A stretch of 64,000 nt of DNA from Podarcis bocagei (taxonomy: Eukaryota), in the NCBI GenBank assembly GCA_964188305.1, contig OZ076903.1; one strand, 5' to 3'. Shown here piece by piece: positions 10,621 to 23,500 of this stretch (its first letter is position 1; each line of letters starts with the position of its first letter). The notes beneath the pieces are model-generated. The model ran no database searches. It was not told the DNA's origin and worked only from the letters and a program-made list of their open reading frames with translations. A program made the position numbers and the translations under genes.

Positions 10621-13600
10621 GGGAGGCTAGCCAGGTTTTTTTTGTCCTGGGTGAAGCCTCCAGAGGGACTCTATTGAGGCTCCCAGCCTGTGTGTGTGCA
10701 AATGCGCATGGAGTGTGTGTGTTCCAAACACGGTCTTTGACTCGGGTGAAATAAAGCCTAGTTTCACCCCCTGCCAAAGGCGGCCATTGTGGAGACTGGA
10801 TGCCAGGCCTTGGGTCTGATCTAGGTTGGTTCTTCTTATGTATTTTGTCTGCATGGTAATGATCACTGTAATTGTGATCATTATAATGAGGGACTCTGGT
10901 GGGCCAAAACAGATACACATTTTTAAATAATTGCTTTATTATTGCTTTCAGGAAAAGGGGGCAGGGGAACAAAATGAATATTACCATGCAGACAAAATAC
11001 TTCAATCCATTGCTTGTTGCTGCCCACTCAGAAGTCACAAAGCTGCAACAAAGCCCAGTTGAGGGAGACTACCAAGTACATGGCAATAGCAAAAAGTGTG
11101 AGGGGACAGAGAGAGGGAGACAGATTGGGGTGCCTTGAGCACCCTAGAGCCTGTGGCCAGTCTTGGAAAGCAGAACTGAGAAACCCCTGGTCAAATCCCA
11201 GAAGAGCTCCTGTCAGTAGATCAGCTGTTCTAAGAGGTAGGTGTGCCAGTTGTCCGACTCCATACAAGGCAGCTCCTTCTCTCCAGTGTGCTTTCTTTGG
11301 TCACTGACACCAGCAGAAGGCACAGCAAGCTCCATTGGTAAATCACTGGGTGAGAAGTTGGCAAGGTTTCTGACTCCCTATTGTTTAACAGTAACAACAA
11401 TGGATTTTTGTATGGAAGGACTGTGAGCTCAGCTCAGTTCTGGCACTTAAACTAAATCCATTTGTTCAGCAGTGGCCCAGAGCCAGCATATTCTGAATTC
11501 TGTTTTTTGCACCAGGCTCCACTGGCCCTGAGACATGCTCCTGTGTCTTGCTCCTCTGATGCATCTTGATTTCCTGCAGCTCAAGGAACTTGTCTAAGTT
11601 CTCTTCCTCAAACCATTCCACAAGGAATTTATTGCACAAGGCATGGCATGGTAGGTATTGTTTCTTTACTAACGAAAACTGATTGCAAATCTGTGCCTTA
11701 GATGACCATAAGCATGTGAAGAGCACCTGTAAACCCAAGGCAGCATATCTTTGTTTCCTTCCCCCCTTTCCAACAGAAAGTGATTGACCCAGGTCAGCCT
11801 TCCACAACGTGGTACCCCCCAGAGATCATTGGGGTACAACTCCCATCATTGCTGATCACTGGCCAGTTGGGAGGTAGAGTCCAAAACATATGGAGGACTC
11901 CAGGCTGCCCCAGGTACTTGGCAATACTTGAAAGAATGGCTACCTATGGATCCAGAAGAATCCCCATCCCGGGCAGGCAAAAGTTGAGATTACCTGGAAC
12001 TTCTTCTGTAGATACTGTCCGAGGACACCTTTTGCTCTCTGTTCAACAGGCAGAAGTGATTAGTTTAAGCTAGGCTTCCCTAAATGCTCTATTAAAACTG
12101 CACAACAGCAGTCATAGGATGCAGCCAGCCCAGCTTTTATGGACATGATCCAAGGAAAAACTACATGTTATTCACACTCTAGAAACATGTGTCGTGGCCA
12201 CTATTTTAAAGAAAAAGCAGCTGCTGATCTGGATTGGGGCCCCAGTATTATTATTATTATTATTAAAATTGCATATTGCTCTTAATCTGTAGATCTGAGG
12301 GCAGTTCACAAGGTCCCATGCCAGTTTCCTAACCTAAGTCACCTTCCTCAGCTGCTATTTACCCTCAAAGGTGCCAATGAATGCAAACAGCACCTTTAAG
12401 GGCACAGTGATGTTGAGGAAAAAACCATATGATAAGAAGCGAATATTGGAGTGGGGCAGTGGCTACTTTTTCTTCAACTTAAGTGGCTAGTTGAAGCTTT
12501 TTAAAAAAGAAGTGTGAATAAAATCCAGTTTAGTCTTCAGCACAGAGACACAGGTATGTCCCTATCATCAGGGTGATTGTGAGATTGGTAGAAGTGCTTC
12601 CCCCTTCTGGATGTTGCTCCCAGTTACAGAGGACAACAGGCTTGTCCACCCTGCTGCTTGTCCTGTGCTTTCTAGGCACAAGTCTGAGCAGTTTTGCCTT
12701 TGCCACTTTCCCCTGGAAATCCTACTCTTTAGTGCTCAATTGGAACAAAGGCAGCCCACAGAAAACCTGACTGCCATTTGTTCCAATTCAGGGCTAAACA
12801 GAGGGTTTTCCTGAGGAAAGTGCTGGGGCAAACTAAGGTGTGGATAAGCCCATCTGGTGGCAACATGATTTGGATCACCATAACTCTGTGCACAGTCTTA
12901 CATTATGCTTGTGGTGATGAAAAACCTTGGACAGGGTACATGCTGGGGAGAAAGCAGGGGAACAGGTGAGGGAGAAGATAGTAAGCCCAAATCCTGGAAA
13001 AGGGCTAGAGAACCTTACCAGCTGTTTTCAGCTCTAGGCAACTCAGTTGTGTGCAAAGCCAGAGGCAAAGGTAAGCAGAGCAAAGAATGTAAAGTTTTAC
13101 CTTTGTACACTAGGCTAGTTTCTACTCACACTCTTCTTTGTTTTCCTTCCATCCAGGGAAGCAAAGGGCTTTATCAGAGTCAAGGAAACATTCTAGCCAG
13201 GCTAGACAAAAACACTCAAGGAGAGCACAAAACAAGACTAGGAGGGGGTAGGGCTGGGAAGAGTCCCAAGGGAAGCATTTGTCTTCAGTCCCTAAGGTTC
13301 CCTACCCCAGCTATTAAAAGAGCTGCAGTAGCCCAGGTTCAGACATAGGTAGCATCCTTTCCTTCCAATAATGTGTGAGCTGGGTCCTCCTACTGCAACA
13401 GGAAAGAAATTAGGATCCCACTCCCCAAGGGCAGATTAGGCGTTATCTGCAGTGGAAGGCCAAAATGCTTGTTGCAGACTCTACCTAAAGCAGGAATGGA
13501 AGAGTTTACAAGAGTGCAATCGCTCTCTTGGCCACTAATTGCGGATCCCAAGGGAACAGCACTGGTTCTGCTCTTGAAAGAACAACAATTAACCAACAGC

Positions 13601-14433
13601 TGCTGTGCACATTGTTTATTGGAGATACCGTTTATCAACAAGTGTTCTGAAAAAAAGTAACTCAGCTTTGATTCCTTTCCACAACAATGTATGAACAGTG
13701 ATCCATCTCCAATTCCCATCACAGTTTAAGTACCAACATTGTCTTTCAGGAAACAGCAACTTGACATTTTTCAAGAGATTCACCAAAACCAAAAAAAGGA
13801 TTGTCCTTAAATCCCCTTCCTCCTATATATTAGTGTCTGTAGTAGTGGAAGAACTAACTTAAACACATAAACTATTATAGAAAAGTAGTGGCCCCTTTAA
13901 CGCAGGAATGAAGAACCTGTGGGCCTCCCAATGTAGTTGGGACTACAACTCCTATCACCCAATAACCACTGGCAGGGCTGACTGGGGCTGATGGGAGCTG
14001 GAGTCCAGCAACATCCAAAGGGCCACAGGCTCCCCACCATGTGTGCAGATCACTGTGGAAAAAGAAAGACTGTCACATAAATACACTTGCCTCCTCTGAG
14101 CACAGGTTCTGAGCAGAGGGCACCAATCTGCTCATCACATTCAGAGCAACAAGCAAAGGGGAAGTAGGATGAGCTCTTCCAACCAAGAGAAAAATAAGGC
14201 ACTAGGGGAGAGTTGGGGGGGTGGCCTCACATATATCTCATTTCCTTTCCCAGGGTTTTGGCCAGACGTGCCTTTTGGAAAGGAAAACTTGATTGCCTAG
14301 TTGAGGCAGAGGCTGCTGGAGAGAAGGAGAATGGATAGCTGCCACCATATGGGAAGACAACAACAGGTGGACAAGCAAGGACCTTTCCCCCACCACAAAA
14401 AGACACCGCAGGCTTCAAGGAAACAGGTCATCG

Positions 14434-14529
14434 CTAGACCTCAGCAGTTCGCTGTGGAATGCAGCCCTCCATCTCAAGTGCTTCAGGCCAACCCTCATAC
14501 TTGTTGGAGCTCTTTTTGTTCTTGACGTG
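14434..14529 (-). CDS. FAM3A: FAM3A coding exon 9 (last)
   Basis: [31 protein letters not shown]. Confidence 0.95.
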   Translation of the reverse strand, partial: HVKNKKSSNKYEGWPEALEMEGCIPQRTAEV

Positions 14530-17500
14530 CTATGAAAATAACAAAATCAGGGTTTACATGGATATTTCACACTCCTCTGCTTCTCCTCCCAGATTTTATC
14601 TAAGGCAGAGGTAGAGAACCTCCAGCCCTCCATATATTGTTGGACTCCACCTCCCATCAGCCCAGCCACCATGGCCAATAAGTCAGAATCAATGGAAGTT
14701 GGAGACCAACAATATCTGGAGTGCTCCAGTTTCCCTCATGTGTGAGCTAGTGATTTCAGGATTTCTCTGAAATACAGACATTTCAAGGTGATATCTGTGA
14801 AAAGGAAAAATGGTTCAGTACCTGTTCAAAAGGACTTTTGTTCTGCACCCCTTTGGCTCCTACAAAAACCCAGCTATCTCGAAAAGCTAGGTCTTTGGCA
14901 ACCTTGCTGCCCAGTTCTGAGAAGATTTTACGGGTCTCCTCATTCATCCTAGAGGGAACAGAAAATGTGAGTAAACAAACCTCTACTATTCACTCCTCTG
15001 GTCCCATCAACACAGTAAAACATACTTCTTTCTGGAAAAAGTTCAGTGTGGTGCCAAGAAACTACTGTACAGAGCAAGACTTTCAACTGGAATTTCTTCT
15101 CCCATCCAAATGCTGTAGTGGTGTGAGAAGTTGTACTTAAACACAAGTTATTCCTTCAGGTGAAAAAGCCCTGTCCTGCACCAAGTCTGGCAATCTCCCT
15201 TTGATCCAATATCCAACGATGGGGAACCAGTGCCCCTACCATGTTTCTTGTCTACAACTACCATCATGCCCAACGACTGGCCATGAGGCTGGGACTGCTG
15301 GGAGTTAGGAGTCCAACAACACCTGGAGGGCCCCTGCTTCCCCATCTCTGTCCTAAAGCATAATATAAAGTCACAATATCTTAATTCTCAAACCCTCTCT
15401 CTTATAAGCTTATTCATACGTGCATGCCCATCGTTTGAAAATTGCAGCATCAAGCATCACACATTGCCTGTGTGGAGGAGTCATTACCAATCAGATGGAA
15501 CTTTCATATTTCATGTTTTCATATTTCAAACACTTATCTCATTACCCAACAAAGGTCTGTATAGTCAAGTCATTGGTTTCCCCGGTAATGATGTATGGAA
15601 GTGAGAGCTGGACCATAAAGAAGGCTGATTGCTGAAGAATTGATGCTTTTGAATTATGGTGCTGGAGGAGACTCTTGAGAGTCCCATGGACTGCAAGAAG
15701 ATCAAACGCATCCATTCTTAAGGAAATTAGCCCTGAGTGCTCACTGGAAGGACAGATCGTGAAGCTGAGGCTCCAATACTTTGGCCACCTCATAAGAAGA
15801 GAAGACTCCCTGGAAGAGACCCTGATGTTGGGAAAGATTGCGGGCACAGGGAGAAGGGGATGACAGAGGACGAGATGGTTGGACAGTGTTTTCTCGAATC
15901 TACAAACATGAGTCTGACCAAACTGCAGGAGGCGGTGGAAGACAGGAGTGCCTGGTGTGCTCTGGTCCATGGGGTCACAAAGAGTCGGACAGGACTAAAC
16001 AACAACAACAATTGGCTTGCTTTGATGTTATCCTTCTCTGCAGGCTTGGGGTGCTGGGATCTGAGCTCAGAAAGGGGAACTATCTGTAAGACTTGGGTAT
16101 TTGTCACCTATGCTGTCATTTGGGTAGGTGAAGTGGTAGACAAAGTAACATATGTTGGACGATATGGAGTTATGCAACTCCTGAGCCAAGGAGAGAAGTA
16201 ACTTAAAAACCTTTAGAAGACATCTGAAGGCAGCCCTGTATAGTGACTTTTTATTGCTTAATGTTTTGTTATGTTTTTTATATGGCTAGAGTGGCTGGGG
16301 AACCCAGTCAAATGGGCGGGGTATAAATAAAAATTGTTCCGGCACCTCTTGCCACACCTCTGTCTCACAAGAAGATTCTCCCTGGAGCGCAAAGAGGACA
16401 TCCTTTATGGGCAATGGAGAGGGTCTTCTCATGAGCCAGAGGTGCACCAGGGCTTTAATGAGGCTCTTCAGCCTCCCAGGCTAACAGCTGATGCGCGGGA
16501 AGAAGCCTCCCCACCTTAGCTCTGCAAGCCGCACTGTCTCTCCTGCTTGAACAAGCAAGCAGAAGGGACAGGGTAGCTTGCAGAGCAGACACACAGGGAA
16601 AAAGCTTCTCTGCTCATCTGCTCTTCCCCCTCCATAGAGTTGCCCTGCCCCTCCTGCCTGTGCATGGAAGCAGGAGGGACAGGGCAGCTTGCAGAGCAGC
16701 CACACAGGGAGGCTTCTTCCCTGCGTATTATCTCTGCCCATTCACACAGCAGCCCTCCCTCTTCCACTGGTGCAGAAGCAGGAGGGACAGGGCAGCATTC
16801 CTGAACCTGTTTTTATAGAAAAAAGCACTGTTTATATTCACTTGCTTTGATATAAGCTAATTGGCTTGCTTTGATGCTATCGTTATCTGTGGGTTTAGGG
16901 TACTGGGCTTTGAGCCCAGAAAGGGGAGCTATCTGTAAGACTTGGATATTTGCCAAGCTACGCCTTCATCAGGGCTGGTGAAGTGATGGGAAATTCTAGA
17001 CAAAGTGATGTACTACTTTGTATATAAAGAATGTGTGCACATTTGCTTGGGTGCAGACAAGCCATCTCCCTGCTGCTGTGTCTGTCTTGAACATGTAACG
17101 GCTAGGAGACCTGGCAGGCAATAAGTCTACTCCTTTCTTTAATAAAGCACTCTGGTGTTTTTGACATCCTTCTTCAGGATACCTGCACTCAACCACTCCC
17201 ATGATCCCTCCTTTGGGCCAGCGGTTCAGGACACAAAGGCTGAGTAACCAAAGGATAAGCAATCAAGCCATGGGCATGCAGGTCTGAATAAGCCCTCAGT
17301 GGCCCCCATGCTAGATACAGGATAGACTACCCTCTCAGTCATCGGAAGGAGACCAACTCTGGATCTCAGAGTCTCAAATGCTAGGCATCAAAAAGCAGAT
17401 GCAACGAACGACTGTCTTTTCTCAATACACTCCCAATTTTACTTGAGTACCTGTTAAGAGGGGGATTCCCCAGCCTCCCCAACACCCGCTTTGCATTAGT

Positions 17501-20500
17501 TTTATATAAGTTAGGTAGCTTTCTTTCAGGCTGAGTACCGTATTTTTCGCCCTATAAGACGCACTTTTTCCCCTCCAAAAATGAAGGGGAAATGTGGGTG
17601 CGTCTTATGGGGCGAATGCAGGCTTTCGCTGAAGCCTGGAGAGCGAGAGCGGTAGGTGCGCACCGACCCCTCTCGCTCTCCAGGCTTCGCGGACCTCTCC
17701 TCAAGCAGCGGGAACGTTCCCACTGCTTGGGGAGAGTTGCCGGCATCCCGAAGCCTGCAAGCGCTGATCCCAGCACGTGCAGGCTTCGCGGATCTCTCCC
17801 CAAGCAGCGGGAACGTTCCCACTGCTTGGGGAGAGTTGCAGGCATCCCGAAGCCTGCGCGCGCTGATCCCAGCACGTGCAGGCTTCGCGGATCTCTCCCC
17901 AAGCAGCGGGAACGTTCCCACTGCTTGGGGAGAGTTGCCGGCATCCCGAAGCCTGCAAGCGCTGATCCCAGCACGTGCAGGCTTCGCGGATCTCTCCCCA
18001 AGCAGCGGGAACGTTCCCACTGCTTGGGGAGAGTTGCAGGCATCCCGAAGCCTGCAAGCGCTGATCCCAGCACGTGCAGGCTTCGCGGATCTCTCCCCAA
18101 GCAGCGGGAACGTTCCCACTGCTTGGGGAGAGTTGCCGGCATCCCGAAGCCTGCAAGCGCTGATCCCAGCACGCGCAGGCTTCGCGGATCTCTCCCCAAG
18201 CAGCGGGAACGTTCCCACTGCTTGGGGAGAGTTGCAGGCATCCCGAAGCCTGCGCGCGCTGATCCCAGCACGCGCAGGCTTCGCGGATCTCTCCCCAAGC
18301 AGCGGGAACGTTCCCACTGCTTGGGGAGAGTTGCAGGCATCCCGAAGCCTGCGCGCGCTGATCCCAGCACGCGCAGGCTTCGCGGATCTCTCCCCAAGCA
18401 GCGGGAACGTTCCCACTGCTTGGGGAGAGTTGCAGGCATCCCGAAGCCTGCGCGCGCTGATCCCAGCACGTGCAGGCTTCGCGGATCTCTCCCCAAGCAG
18501 CGGGAACGTTCCCACTGCTTGGGGAGAGTTGCCGGCATCCCGAAGCCTGCAAGCGCTGATCCCAGCACGTGCAGGCTTCGCGGATCTCTCCCCAAGCAGC
18601 GGGAACGTTCCCACTGCTTGGGGAGAGTTGCAGGCATCCCGAAGCCTGCAAGCGCTGATCCCAGCACGTGCAGGCTTCGCGGATCTCTCCCCAAGCAGCG
18701 GGAACGTTCCCACTGCTTGGGGAGAGTTGCAGGCATCCCGAAGCCTGCAAGCGCTGATCCCAGCACGCGCAGGCTTCGCGGATCTCTCCCCAAGCAGCGG
18801 GAACGTTCCCACTGCTTGGGGAGAGTTGCAGGCATCCCGAAGCCTGCGCGCGCTGATCCCAGCACGCGCAGGCTTCGCGGATCTCTCCCCAAGCAGCGGG
18901 AACGTTCCCACTGCTTGGGGAGAGTTGCAGGCATCCCGAAGCCTGCGCGCGCTGATCCCAGCACGCGCAGGCTTCGCGGATCTCTCCCCAAGCAGCGGGA
19001 ACGTTCCCACTGCTTGGGGAGAGTTGCAGGCATCCCGAAGCCTGCACGCGCTGATCCCAGCACGTGCAGGCTTCGCGGATCTCTCCTCAAGCAGCGGGAA
19101 CCACCGCTGGGCTCCCACGGCTTGCAGAGAGCTGCCTGTTTGGGGGCTGGGGTCGGGGGAAGCTCGGGCTGCCCCAGCCCCGCGCCTGGGGGGGAAATAA
19201 TTTTTTCCCTTTATTTCCCCCCCAAAAAACTAGGTGCGTCTTATGGGCCGGAGCGTCTTATGGGGCGCAAAATACGGTACATTTTTACTACATGAGTTGA
19301 GCATAACCTGTGCTGGCTGTCCCCGTTAACACTCACTTTGTGGCAGGATCATCGTACGAGGCCACAAACACCAGCGTCCCCTCGTGCAGTGGCCGGATAA
19401 ATTTTAACAACTCGTTCACATCTGGAAGGGTAGGGAGAGAGGGGGAGAATAGAAGAAGACCTCAGAACAACTGTTCCTCCCAAGTGTCATAGACCAAAGG
19501 TTTGCATACATGCTACAATTCTGCAGAGATGGTGGCATAGGGTGTAGGACTCAGCATTATGAAAAACTTAACTTTAAAAACCCCAAAGTAGTTGGGGCAG
19601 ATTTGCTCCAAAGTGCAAGGTGGGAAATGCCTGTTGAATTATTAGATGATAGAAGGATGGCTGGACACAATTCTCAGGGGTTAGGTGTGAGGTTTCAGCA
19701 ATCTGCTTAACCTCTAGCCCTTCCCCAGTACTAGCAGAGACAAATTAGGAATACATTGTGCAAAAAAGGGTGTAAGTATCAAGACAAAAAATATGCAAGC
19801 GTGATCAATGTGCAAAGCAATTATTTTATGGCCATGACCCCTAAAGTCTGTTCCTTTGCAAGGGATGCCCTCCACATCATCAATATGTTGCAATCTGGAT
19901 GTGCCCTCTTGATGCATTTACAGTGTCTTGACCTTTGAGGAACCTTCAGCACATGCATTTGTACTGGGTCTTCTGCTTGACCCAGGGCCCATTCCCCCCA
20001 TCAAGCATCCGGAGTTGTGCTGGGTGTCAAGGCACATTCTGGTCTCCTTTCAGGTCCAGTATGCACCAGCACCACAAGCTATTTGCACAGCCTCAGGCGC
20101 CCCTGTTTACACAGACCTAGCCTGCAAATCCATCCACTGTTGTTCCGCCTCCTGCCCAGGACTCTTAGCCTGGTGAAAAAACAGTATAGTGACAGCAACC
20201 CTATGCTACAACCTCTTCTTACACAGCCTCCATCTTCTGTAATCCAGTGCATGTTGTCAACATGGCAACCTTCCTTGAAATTGCCTTCCTCCAAATCCAA
20301 AGGCTGCCCGTGCCCCCATAACCATATTGGAACACATCCTTAAGATTTCTCAACTAATTCCTGTAACTCCCCTTCTTTTTGCCCCATCTTGAGTACCAAA
20401 CTCCTACCAACACAGCACACTCACCTCCTGCCCACATGTCAAAGAACTTTGCATCAATCAGTTCTCCATTCACCCCTGCAAAACAGAGCAAAACAGGACA

Positions 20501-23500
20501 GTGTTGCTTACTAGTTTTTATGTTGCTCTACAACATCATCATCCATGCCCACCACCCTCAAAATCCCACCTTACCATTCACCAGTGCAACGTTCAGGCCC
20601 CGGCCTACATTGTTCTTCACACTGCTCATTAGCCTGAAAGGAAGATCAGGGCTGGTCAGAAAATGTCCCATCAAGAGATCTAAGTGAGGCTAGAGTGGGG
20701 TCACATCTGATTGGTAAGGCTTTCCCCTAGTTTCTTCCCCCACTCCAATAGCCACCCATAGGGGATTGCTCCTGAGCAAGTAGATGCAGCCCTTGAGCAT
20801 CACCACCTCCAGTCAGGTTGGTTACAGAAAGGCTTTGAGAGCCACAGTTCTCCTCAGTGGCAATGACTCACATTTTATCCTCAAGGCAGATCTTGGGCCC
20901 AATGACATTAGCTGCACCGCTCATGATCCGGAAGGCGAACGAGTTGTCTGGGCAGGCCCGAGGAAGGCCACACTTGTACTTCTTAGGCCTAGGTTCTAAG
21001 TAGACAGCAAAGAAGAAATCCTAAAGCCCCATTGTTACAAGTACCCTTTTGCGCCAAACAGGATGCTTTCTTGCCCTGTCAAGAGCTGGGCAATCTGTGG
21101 ACTCCAATTCCCATCAGCACCAGCCAACAGGGTCAATGGTCAAGGATGGGAATCCAGCAACATCTGGAGAGCCACAGGTTCCCCAACCCCACACTGCTGC
21201 ATTGCTCTTAACTGCTGGCGGCGAGGGGAGGCACAACAGTGTTTTAGTCATCCAGCCCCAAGATACAGCAGGGAACGTCACCTAAAAGATCCTGCCCACC
21301 TTATACATTATAATAATGGAATTCCTGGGGCAATCCTCTCTGGGAATGCCTTGCAGGAGGTTCCGTGATGGCTGCCAATGCCACAGGGCTAAGTGATGTT
21401 ACTTGTCTCATCCTCCCCAGGTAGGCTGACTTGTGCTTTCTTTTGCTTTTCTCACTGCAAGAGTGAACATCCTCCCCCCCCATTCCAGCAAGGAGGAAAA
21501 AAGAAGGGACAGCAGAGGGGGAATAACAGAGGCAATGGGCTTTTTCTGTTAGGATAAGGAATGTAGTACAACAAGGCAAGTAAGTTTTAAGGTAAAACTA
21601 GACAAGAAAGATAAAAGGCTTAAGAGTGGACCAGGAAAAAAAAAACGCCAAGAGAGGCAAGTATAACTAATCTGAACTTGGGCAAGGCAGGGAAGGAACC
21701 AGGGGGGTTCTACCTGCCTCAATCTTCAAAGCTGCATCAATTAACCCTGCCTGTCTTGAGGGAGACATCCCATGTCTGGACATCTCCCTTCCACTGATAG
21801 CCACTTTTTGACCAGCTAAAGGAAAGCTGTTGCCAGGAACTGAAGGAGACTTTTGCATGGAACCGGCAACAGCTCTCCAAGATGCCGGGTTGTGGATTTT
21901 CCTGACATCAAAGCAAACATTATTTTAAACCCAAAGACGGCAGAAAGTTACATGGAAAGCACATGCTCTATGACTGAACTATGATAACACTTCTTCTTCT
22001 GACAGCTAGCGCAGGCCAGAACCTTCCCTTACAAGTAGGAATGAGGCTTTCTGATGTTCCTTTTGGACTCCAGCTCCCATCAGTTCCCCAGCCAGCATGA
22101 CCAAAAGCAGAAAGCTGGGAATAAGTCTTGCTTTCAACAGGCCTTCATATGCTCCACTGTACTATCCTCTACTTCCACTCTCTCAGCTCATCTGAACTCA
22201 CTGCGGTGTCTACTGTTGCTGCCTGCTTTCTCTGCCGTGACCACTCTGATCTCATCAAGCATGCTGGCCAATTCTTGGCGAATAACCCGAGGACATTGAG
22301 GTAAACCAGTATTTTCTAGGGATGGCAAAACACACATAAAGAGCCAGAGGAGACGCACAAGAAAAAGTGATGTGGAACCCTCATTTCCCACTTAACCTAA
22401 CAAGCAGGGATGGGCAAACCCTCTAGATCAGAGCTTTCCAAACTGTGTGTCATGACAAGTTAGTGTGTCAGCGCATCGCACGGATGCTCCTTGTGCTCCT
22501 CCCAGGGCTGGAAAGGGGTTAGTTTAACCTCTGGTTTGCTAGTAAAACTGTATTACTGTGTCGCGAAATGATGCATGTAAAAAATGTGCCACCAACATGA
22601 AAACTTTGGAAAACTCTGCTCTAGGTGCTGTTGGAGTCCAACGCCCATCAGCCCCAGCCAGTATAGCCAACGACTAGGGATGATGGGAGTTGGAGTTCAC
22701 AGTACAACATAATCTCTCCTGAATTGGTCACCTCAAACTCATTTCCTACCACAGTGGAGTGGCAGGGAGTCACTACCACCACATCTGCTGCTAAGGGAAA
22801 TTAATGATTCCACTTTATCTTAAGATATACCACAAAGCCACCCCAAACTGAACCCCACTATCAGATAGCTACTGAGAACCGCAATACAGCACAGAACTGT
22901 CCTAGACAGCCAATGAAGACTTCTTTCTGCCACCCCCTTAATTCCTGTGTGCATTTTGTTTGGTCTCCCACCACTGCTTGGTAGTTGGTGCTACATGACA
23001 AACTGTAGGTCCCTCAGCTGGTGATGCTGTATGATGGGCTATGATGAGATAAATCTCCCCATTTCCCCCTGAGGATTTCCTTGCTCTTTCCCTTTGCCTT
23101 CTCCTTGATCCAAAGTGACAATCAGCACTGTGAAACAAGCAGAATCTCTCTGGTTTATCTCAGTTGCACTATGGGAAGTTTAAAAAGTCTCTCCATTAAG
23201 TGGCAGAACAGTTCAACACAGTTTAAGAGTGCCCAAGCTCCAAAACCTGTGTTGCTCCCAATAAAGTCAGAGTGAGTGATGAGTTTGCAAACCGGGTGTG
23301 TGTTAGTATAGACCCCATAAGAATGTAGCCAAAGCCATCTACCTGATGTAGGAGGATTCTCAGGACCTGCAAGGAAGCAAAGAAACAGCTGTATCAGCAA
23401 GATCCACTCCAGATCTTGTGCCTTGCCTCATCACTTCAGGAATGTAGCAGCAATATGTCAATATTAAAATTACTTTACTCCTCAAAACACCCCAACAGGA

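Noticed and set aside
17681-19100. CRISPR-like appearance (regular palindromic repeats)
   Set aside because: There are no unique spacers, no cas genes, and the context is vertebrate.
17526-19295. Five overlapping 448-567-aa ORFs on both strands
   Set aside because: They are by-products of a GC-rich 99-bp (multiple of 3) tandem repeat inside a non-autonomous transposon in an intron, with no domain signature.
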